Positions 37,501 through 43,985 of a stretch of DNA of 43,985 nt are shown one piece after another (position 1 is the first letter of the stretch; the number at the start of each line of letters is the position of its first letter). Origin of the DNA: Cyclobacteriaceae bacterium (lineage in GTDB: Bacteria > Bacteroidota > Bacteroidia > Cytophagales > Cyclobacteriaceae); assembly GCA_028279155.1 (NCBI GenBank), contig JANQST010000344.1, positions 1 through 43,985 on the forward strand, given 5' to 3'. Both the position numbers and the translations under genes were made by a program. The notes beneath the pieces were generated by a model, which saw only the letters and a program-made list of their open reading frames with translations, made no database searches and was not told the DNA's origin.

Positions 37501-39147
37501 ATGAAAAAACCTGTTAGCACGTTCTTGTTTTTCCTGATAGCCATCACCCTTTTTGCACAAATAACACCTGCTCCAACCCGGACTGAAGGTCAAGGTCCCT
37601 TTGATCAATTGATCATACGAGGAGCGATGTTAATCAACGGAAATGGCGCACCGCCAATCGGACCAGTTGATATTGTAGTTGAGAAAAATGTGATTACACA
37701 AGTTCGAGTGGTTGGATATCCTGGAGTGGAAATAAATGAAGAGCGAAGACCACAATTTGATGGAAATGGATTGGAAATTGATGCTGAAGGAATGTATGTT
37801 CTTCCGGGTTTTGTTGATATGCATGGACATATTGGTGGAACAAGTCAAGGGACGCCGGCAGAGTATGTATTCAAGTTATGGCTGGCACATGGCATTACCA
37901 CCATTCGAGACCCATCTGCAGGTAATGGGCTTGATTGGGTTTTAAGACACAAGCAAAGAAGCGCCCGAAATGAGATTACCGCTCCTCGGATTTTAGCTTA
38001 CACCTCCTTTGGACAAGACCTTACAGATGTAAAAACCCTACGAAGTGTTCCCGGAGAAAGGAGTACTGGATCAGAAGTATTAAAGAACCCAATTACGAAT
38101 GCTAACGAAGCTATTTCTTGGGTCCGGGCAAATTATCGAAGAGGCGCTGACGGCATTAAATTTTTTGGCGCCTCCCCCGAGGTGATGGATGCGGCTTTGA
38201 GAGAAAACAAGAAACTTGGGCTTAGATCGGCCTGTCATCATGCACAGTTGAGTGTTGCCCGTTGGAACGTGCTTAATTCTGCTGAGTCAGGGCTGACATC
38301 AATGGAACATTGGTATGGCTTGCCAGAGGCTCTTTTTACTGATCGAGTGGTGCAAGATTATCCTCTTGATTACAATTACAACAACGAGCAACATCGCTTT
38401 GGAGAAGCAGGTAGACTTTGGAAGCAGGCAGCTCCTCCATATTCCGATAAATGGAATCAAGTGATGAATCGATTGTTGGAACTCGACTTTACCCTGGATC
38501 CAACATTTAATATTTACGAAGCAAGTCGCGATCTGATGCGGGCGAGAAACGCTGATTGGCACCGGGCTTATACACTTCCTTCTCTATGGAAGTTTTACCA
38601 GCCGAGCAAAATTTCACATGGTTCTTACTGGCATTTTTGGGGAACTGAAGAGGAAGTGGCCTGGAAAGAAAATTATAAGCTTTGGATGACCTTCATCAAT
38701 GAATACAAAAACCGGGGTGGACGTGTCACTGCTGGATCCGATTCAGGATTTATTTTCCAACTATATGGATTTGCATACATCAGGGAGCTTGAACTCCTAA
38801 GAGAAGCGGGCTTTCATCCAATGGAGGTCATTAAATCGGCGACTCTGAATGGTGCTGAAGCGCTTGGTATGGACAAAGAAATAGGTTCGGTTGAGGTAGG
38901 TAAGCTGGCAGATTTGATATTGGTTGAAGAAAACCCGCTGCAAAACCTCAAAGTCTTGTACGGAACTGGAGCCATCAAACTGACTGAGGATAACGAAGTT
39001 ACTCGTGTTGGAGGAGTGAAATACACCATCAAAGACGGGATTGTTTTTGATGCAAAAGAATTGCTCAAAGATGTTCGTGAAATGGTGGAAGAAGCTAAGG
39101 ATGGAACCGATATAGAACAGCCAGGCTATCCGAATTGGGATAAGTAA
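37501..39147 (+). CDS. Exported amidohydrolase family protein
   Basis: Signal peptide; PGFVDMHGH, AGSD, GKLADL; ATG 37501. Confidence 0.9.
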   Translation: MKKPVSTFLFFLIAITLFAQITPAPTRTEGQGPFDQLIIRGAMLINGNGAPPIGPVDIVVEKNVITQVRVVGYPGVEINEERRPQFDGNGLEIDAEGMYVLPGFVDMHGHIGGTSQGTPAEYVFKLWLAHGITTIRDPSAGNGLDWVLRHKQRSARNEITAPRILAYTSFGQDLTDVKTLRSVPGERSTGSEVLKNPITNANEAISWVRANYRRGADGIKFFGASPEVMDAALRENKKLGLRSACHHAQLSVARWNVLNSAESGLTSMEHWYGLPEALFTDRVVQDYPLDYNYNNEQHRFGEAGRLWKQAAPPYSDKWNQVMNRLLELDFTLDPTFNIYEASRDLMRARNADWHRAYTLPSLWKFYQPSKISHGSYWHFWGTEEEVAWKENYKLWMTFINEYKNRGGRVTAGSDSGFIFQLYGFAYIRELELLREAGFHPMEVIKSATLNGAEALGMDKEIGSVEVGKLADLILVEENPLQNLKVLYGTGAIKLTEDNEVTRVGGVKYTIKDGIVFDAKELLKDVREMVEEAKDGTDIEQPGYPNWDK

Positions 39148-39174
39148 TAAAGAATTAGGAATTGCGAATTGATA

Positions 39175-40095
39175 CTATTCCAGTGTACTAAGTTCGTTTC
39201 TCAGATCAATAGCAATATTCGGAAAATCTGTTATGATTCCGTCTACACCTGCGTTTAGCATCTTAACCATTTCATCCCGGGTGTTTACAGGATAGGCGTG
39301 AACTTCAAACCCTTGAGCATGCATCTGGAAGACTCTGCGCGGGGAGAGTGTTTCCCAATGCGGATTGATTGCGCGCATTCTGTTTCCTTCTTTGGCCCTT
39401 CCCATGTGCATTCTTGTTTCGATATAGAAAGCCACCAATGGTGCTGAGTCTTCACCTATAATTAATGCTTTCGTTTGAATCAATGAATCCAGGTCATGTA
39501 CTTCATCAAGGTATTTGGGCTCATACGATTGTAGAATGATCCAGTCTTCTCCGTTTTCTTCTGCCATGACTACTTCTACTAGTTTTTCTGCGAAATCGTG
39601 GTAATGTGGATGATCCATGTGCTTGATCTCAATCAACACCTTGCATCGCCCATTGATAGAATCCAATGCTTCTTTGAGTGTCGGGATCCGCTGATCTGCG
39701 AATTTCGAATCGAAATGTGACCCTACATCAAACTGCTTGATTTCTTCCAGTGTGTAATCATGAATATCACCAGTGACCTGATTTCCAAGAGTATCTCTTG
39801 CGATTCGATCTAATGTTTGATCATGGAAAACCACGATCTCTTCATCCAACGTATGCCTGACGTCAATTTCTATCTGATCCACTCCTAGTTCCAACGCTTC
39901 GGAAATAGCAGCCATGGTGTTTTCAGGTGCAAGACCTGAAGCTCCTTTATGAGCAATAATCTGAAATTCTTTCCCCCCAAGCCTGTCGATGGATGTACTT
40001 GAAAAAATATGTCTGTACAGCCATGGCTCAAATAATGAGAGCGCAGCAAACAAAAAGAAAAATGGCGCAGAGTAAAGTAAAAATTTCTTGGTCAT
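39175..40095 (-). CDS. Glycerophosphodiester phosphodiesterase family protein
   Basis: IAHKGASGLAPENT, EIDV, FHD, EIK, GIITDFP. Confidence 0.92.
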   Translation of the reverse strand: MTKKFLLYSAPFFFLFAALSLFEPWLYRHIFSSTSIDRLGGKEFQIIAHKGASGLAPENTMAAISEALELGVDQIEIDVRHTLDEEIVVFHDQTLDRIARDTLGNQVTGDIHDYTLEEIKQFDVGSHFDSKFADQRIPTLKEALDSINGRCKVLIEIKHMDHPHYHDFAEKLVEVVMAEENGEDWIILQSYEPKYLDEVHDLDSLIQTKALIIGEDSAPLVAFYIETRMHMGRAKEGNRMRAINPHWETLSPRRVFQMHAQGFEVHAYPVNTRDEMVKMLNAGVDGIITDFPNIAIDLRNELSTLE

Positions 40096-40138
40096 GGGTG
40101 ATTATTTAACACAAAAATTACACAAAAAGTACTAAATA

Positions 40139-41899
40139 CTATGATTTGCTTTTCTGATTTAGATCAATGCCCAATTCAGCCAACTGCTCGGTAGAAATTT
40201 TGGATGGCGAATCGATCATGGTATCCCTTCCAGAATTGTTCTTTGGAAATGCGATAAAATCACGAATACTCTCTTCTCCAGCCATCATTGCACACATTCT
40301 GTCAAAACCGAATGCGATGCCTCCATGTGGTGGTGCACCGTACTCAAAAGCTCCCATAAGAAAACCAAACTGCTCTTCTGCTTCCTCTTTTGTAAACCCA
40401 AGTGTTTTGAACATTTTGGCCTGCAATTCACGGTCATGAATCCGAATGGAGCCTCCACCCGCTTCCACACCATTGATCACCAGGTCATAGGCATTTGCTC
40501 TAACACTCCCCGGGTCTGAATCAAGCTTATCGATATCCTCAGATTTTGGAGAAGTGAACGGATGGTGCATGGCATGATACCTTTCAGTTTCCTCATCCCA
40601 CTCAACCAATGGAAAATCCAATACCCACAATGGCACCACATTATTTTTATCTCTTAATCCAAGCCGTTCTCCCATCTCAAGTCTCAATTCATTCAGTGCC
40701 TTTCTCGTTTGATCTTTTTCACCGGCCAAAACGAGTAGAAGGTCTCCGGGCTTGGCTTCCATTTTTTCTGCCCAGGCCTTAAGGCCTTCCTGATCAAAGA
40801 ACTTGTCCACTGAAGATTTGAAACTTCCATCCTCGTTGCACTTTACATAAACAAGTCCCTTAGCTCCTATTTGTGGTTTTTTCACAAAATCAGTCAACCC
40901 ATCCAGTTGTTTTCTCGAGTACTCAGCACAACCTGGTGCATTGATCCCAACAACCAATTCGGCACTATCAAACACTACAAATCCCGTTCCCTGGACCAAA
41001 TCATTCAGCTCATTAAACTCCATTCCAAACCGCAAGTCAGGCTTATCGGACCCGTATTTTTCCATCGCTTCCTCGTAGGATATTCTCTGAAAATCTCCAA
41101 GCTCTATATCCCTGATTTCCTTATAAAGAAACTTCGTCATCCCTTCAAATGTGTTGAGGACATCCTCCTGCTCAACAAAAGCCATCTCACAATCAATCTG
41201 CGTGAATTCCGGCTGACGATCAGCTCTTAGGTCCTCATCCCGAAAGCATTTTACAATCTGATAATAACGATCCAAACCAGCCACCATTAGCAATTGCTTG
41301 AACGTCTGAGGAGACTGAGGAAGCGCATAAAATTCTCCCTCATTCATACGTGAGGGCACAATAAAATCTCGTGCTCCTTCTGGAGTGGATTTTATCAAAT
41401 AGGGAGTTTCTACCTCAATGAATTTATCATCAGTCAAATACTCTCGAACTTTCGACATCATTTGGTGCCTTAATTCAAGCTTTTTTCGAACTGCTTCCCT
41501 CCTAATATCAAGATACCTGTATTGCATTCTCAGGTCTTCACCCCCATCTGTCTCTTCCTCGATGGTAAAAGGAGGCGTTTTTGAAACATTCAGGATCTTA
41601 AGTTCCGAAACCCGGATCTCAATATCTCCCGTTGGTATCTTTTCATTCTTAGAATAGCGTTCGACCACTTCTCCACTGGCATTCAATACGAATTCCCGGC
41701 TGACAGATTTGGCCTTTTCAATAAGCTCAGGATTGGTAACTCCTTCTTCAAATATGAGCTGAGTAATTCCATATCGATCTCGAAGATCAATGTAGACAAT
41801 TCCTCCCTTGTCACGCTGTTTTTGAACCCAGCCTGATAACGTTACTTCCTGACCTTTTTGGTCTATTCTTAGTTCACCGCACGTATGCGTTCGTAGCAT
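40139..41899 (-). CDS. aspS: Aspartate--tRNA ligase
   Basis: [43 protein letters not shown]. Confidence 0.98.
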   Translation of the reverse strand: MLRTHTCGELRIDQKGQEVTLSGWVQKQRDKGGIVYIDLRDRYGITQLIFEEGVTNPELIEKAKSVSREFVLNASGEVVERYSKNEKIPTGDIEIRVSELKILNVSKTPPFTIEEETDGGEDLRMQYRYLDIRREAVRKKLELRHQMMSKVREYLTDDKFIEVETPYLIKSTPEGARDFIVPSRMNEGEFYALPQSPQTFKQLLMVAGLDRYYQIVKCFRDEDLRADRQPEFTQIDCEMAFVEQEDVLNTFEGMTKFLYKEIRDIELGDFQRISYEEAMEKYGSDKPDLRFGMEFNELNDLVQGTGFVVFDSAELVVGINAPGCAEYSRKQLDGLTDFVKKPQIGAKGLVYVKCNEDGSFKSSVDKFFDQEGLKAWAEKMEAKPGDLLLVLAGEKDQTRKALNELRLEMGERLGLRDKNNVVPLWVLDFPLVEWDEETERYHAMHHPFTSPKSEDIDKLDSDPGSVRANAYDLVINGVEAGGGSIRIHDRELQAKMFKTLGFTKEEAEEQFGFLMGAFEYGAPPHGGIAFGFDRMCAMMAGEESIRDFIAFPKNNSGRDTMIDSPSKISTEQLAELGIDLNQKSKS

Positions 41900-41927
41900 T
41901 ACTCTCTTGTTAGATTAAAAGAAGGCG

Positions 41928-41935
41928 CAAAGATA
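41928..41935 (-). promoter_or_regulatory. -7 promoter element for aspS
   Basis: TATCTTTG on the minus strand. Confidence 0.7.
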
Positions 41936-42059
41936 GATTTTGATTGTAAGAATCACTCGATTTTGGATTGAATGAATTTTGCAAAACAACAATTCAAATT
42001 TTCTAAAGAAATCGTAACAATCTAAAATCTTCAATCCTTAAGTCTATATAGTTTTGAGC

Positions 42060-42605
42060 ATGCGAATTTCAATTCTACTCATACTACTACTCATCGGAGT
42101 TAGCGCTTCTTCGCAAAAACTCTTTCCAGTTGACATTAATGAAGAAATTTCAATGAAGATTTCTTCTGAATTCGTCAATATGTCCAATAAGGATCGGATG
42201 GAGAAAATAGCTTCTTCGAAGATTCCATTTGCCACATTTTCCACTGAATCACAAGATGCAACATTGAGTATCAATGATAACCCCATGCAGTGGACCAGTC
42301 AGGATACAGAAGTTGTTTATGGTTTTTACAAAGCAAGCGTCAATGCCCTGTTTGATGAAATCAAATTCATCCAGGACGGCATAAAAGAAATCAATGGTCG
42401 TGAATTCATTGTTTTTGAATTTGTGTCCACGGTTCGTGATGACAATGTTTTTTCATCTGGTAGAGGTGAACGCAACTACACCTATATTCAGTATACGTCT
42501 TTCAACGATCAGGTCTTACTTTTCAATTTCGGGTGTCCAGCCAGGCTGCAATTTGAATGGGAAGATGTTGCTGAGGAAATGATGCAAAGTGTCAAGATCA
42601 AATGA
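42060..42605 (+). CDS. Exported hypothetical protein
   Basis: Signal peptide MRISILL..SAS; ATG 42060; overlaps tadA by ATGA. Confidence 0.75.
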   Translation: MRISILLILLLIGVSASSQKLFPVDINEEISMKISSEFVNMSNKDRMEKIASSKIPFATFSTESQDATLSINDNPMQWTSQDTEVVYGFYKASVNALFDEIKFIQDGIKEINGREFIVFEFVSTVRDDNVFSSGRGERNYTYIQYTSFNDQVLLFNFGCPARLQFEWEDVAEEMMQSVKIK

Positions 42606-43054
42606 CAGAATTAAGTGTTTTTAGTGATGAGCACTTCATGAAGCAAGCACTGATTGAAGCTCAGCTAGCTTTTGATGAAGGTGAAATTCCTGTTGGCGCG
42701 ATTGTCATCAGCGAAAATAGAATCATTGCTAAAGATCATAACAGAGTAGAACGATTGAATGATGCTACAGCACATGCAGAAATGCTGGCGGTAACAGCTG
42801 CACAAAATAATCTTGGATCCAAATACCTAAATGAATGCACCTTATATGTTACACTTGAACCGTGTAGCATGTGTGCGGGTGCACTTTTTTGGACGCAAAT
42901 TGGAAAAATTGTGATTGGCGCAAAAGACACGGAGCGCGGATTCCGTGTTTTTAATAAAAAAATTATCCATCCGAAAACAAAGGTTGAAGAGGGTGTGTTA
43001 GCAGCTGAAAGCGAAACATTGGTCAAAAAATTCTTTAAGAAACTCAGGGAATAG
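42602..43054 (+). CDS. tadA: tRNA adenosine(34) deaminase-like nucleoside deaminase
   Basis: EGEIPVGA, AHAE, TLEPCSMCAG. Confidence 0.88.
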   Translation: MTELSVFSDEHFMKQALIEAQLAFDEGEIPVGAIVISENRIIAKDHNRVERLNDATAHAEMLAVTAAQNNLGSKYLNECTLYVTLEPCSMCAGALFWTQIGKIVIGAKDTERGFRVFNKKIIHPKTKVEEGVLAAESETLVKKFFKKLRE

Positions 43055-43160
43055 TTGTTTAATTGCCTGGTCAACCAAACATTTCTCTAAACTAATCGTC
43101 TATGGTTTTTGTTAATTTCACATCACAAATTGTACAACCGAATAAAAACTACAAATAATT

Positions 43161-43757
43161 ATGGCTTTTGAATTACCTGATTTACCATATGCATATGATG
43201 CCCTGGCACCTCATATTGATGCTCAAACCATGGAAATACACCACGGAAAACATCACAATGCATATGTAACCAACCTTAACAATGCCGCTGGTGGGCCTAT
43301 TGCAGAAAAAAGCATTGATGATGTTTGCAGACATCACTCTGATATCCCAGCTATCCGAAACAATGGAGGCGGACATTACAATCATTCTTTGTTCTGGACA
43401 GTCATGAGTCCGGACGGAGGTGGAGAGCCTTCAGGAGCTTTGGCTGATGCAATCAACTCGGCTTTTGGCTCATTTGAAAAATTCAAAGAAGCTTTCACAA
43501 AGGCCGCAGCAACAAGATTTGGAAGCGGATGGGCTTGGCTTTGCAAGAAAGCAGACGGATCTCTTGATGTTTGTTCTTCTGCCAACCAGGACAATCCATT
43601 GATGCCTGGTGTTGGCTGTGGTGGAACACCTATACTTGGATTGGATGTTTGGGAGCACGCCTACTATTTGAACTATCAAAATAGACGTCCGGATTACATT
43701 AATGCCTTTTTCAATGTAATCAACTGGGATGAAGTGGCTCGAAGATTTGATGCATAG
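43161..43757 (+). CDS. sodA: Superoxide dismutase, Mn/Fe family (Mn-type signatures)
   Basis: [32 protein letters not shown]. Confidence 0.95.
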   Translation: MAFELPDLPYAYDALAPHIDAQTMEIHHGKHHNAYVTNLNNAAGGPIAEKSIDDVCRHHSDIPAIRNNGGGHYNHSLFWTVMSPDGGGEPSGALADAINSAFGSFEKFKEAFTKAAATRFGSGWAWLCKKADGSLDVCSSANQDNPLMPGVGCGGTPILGLDVWEHAYYLNYQNRRPDYINAFFNVINWDEVARRFDA

Positions 43758-43779
43758 TTTGAAATTTAAAAGAGCATAC

Positions 43780-43787
43780 TATATTCG
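43780..43787 (+). promoter_or_regulatory. -7 promoter element for the leader transcript
   Basis: TATATTCG 12 nt upstream of the leader ATG. Confidence 0.6.
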
Positions 43788-43799
43788 CATCACAAGAAA

Positions 43800-43868
43800 A
43801 TGAAAACAAAAAGACTACATCATCACTTTCATCATTACAACTTCTCTCTCGAAGAGGTAGGAAGATGA
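43800..43868 (+). CDS. Histidine-rich attenuator leader peptide MKTKRLHHHFHHYNFSLEEVGR
   Basis: 22-aa ORF with five His in six codons, followed by a terminator and a downstream ATG at 43979. Confidence 0.75.
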   Translation: MKTKRLHHHFHHYNFSLEEVGR

Positions 43869-43892
43869 TGCTGTAGTTAACAAAAATAACTG

Positions 43893-43926
43893 AAAAGGCC
43901 CGTCGGATTACCGTCGGGCTTTTTTT
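43893..43926 (+). terminator. Attenuator / intrinsic terminator
   Basis: AAGGCCCGtCGG-ATTA-CCGtCGGGCTT followed by a T run. Confidence 0.8.
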
Positions 43927-43985
43927 GTGGCTACGCCACAGGAAATAATTGAGAAAAATTGAATCCAGAAATTGGATCATGCCAA

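Noticed and set aside
43720-43980. 86-aa minus-strand ORF
   Set aside because: Antisense to the sodA end, the His leader and the attenuator; no coding features.

Overview
Chromosomal window from a Bacteroidota genome, probably order Cytophagales (inferred from TAnnTTTG/TAnnTTCG promoters, A-rich leaders without SD sequences, and the gene families present). In order: the 3' end of methylmalonyl-CoA mutase; a secreted TPR-CHAT (caspase-like) protease convergent with an operon encoding an output-less CHASE2 membrane sensor and a FecR/DUF928-like exported protein; meaB; cobalamin uptake genes (riboswitch-btuB, divergent btuFCD-like); a candidate ECF-sigma sRNA; a four-gene redox operon (FAD reductase, membrane polyferredoxin, Ig-DM13 lipoprotein, outer-membrane barrel); a 6S-like RNA; an ABC permease; a nested MITE/REP element; tex; a phage-free cI/cro-like switch; a DEAD-box helicase; a TetR-SDR operon; housekeeping genes (icd, panB, aspS, tadA, sodA); and a His-rich leader peptide attenuator at the right edge. 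Best candidates for undescribed systems are the CHAT/CHASE2/DUF928-like triad and the DM13 redox operon. No CRISPR array, tRNA, rRNA or transposase was seen. All family calls come from motif recognition by eye, not database searches.
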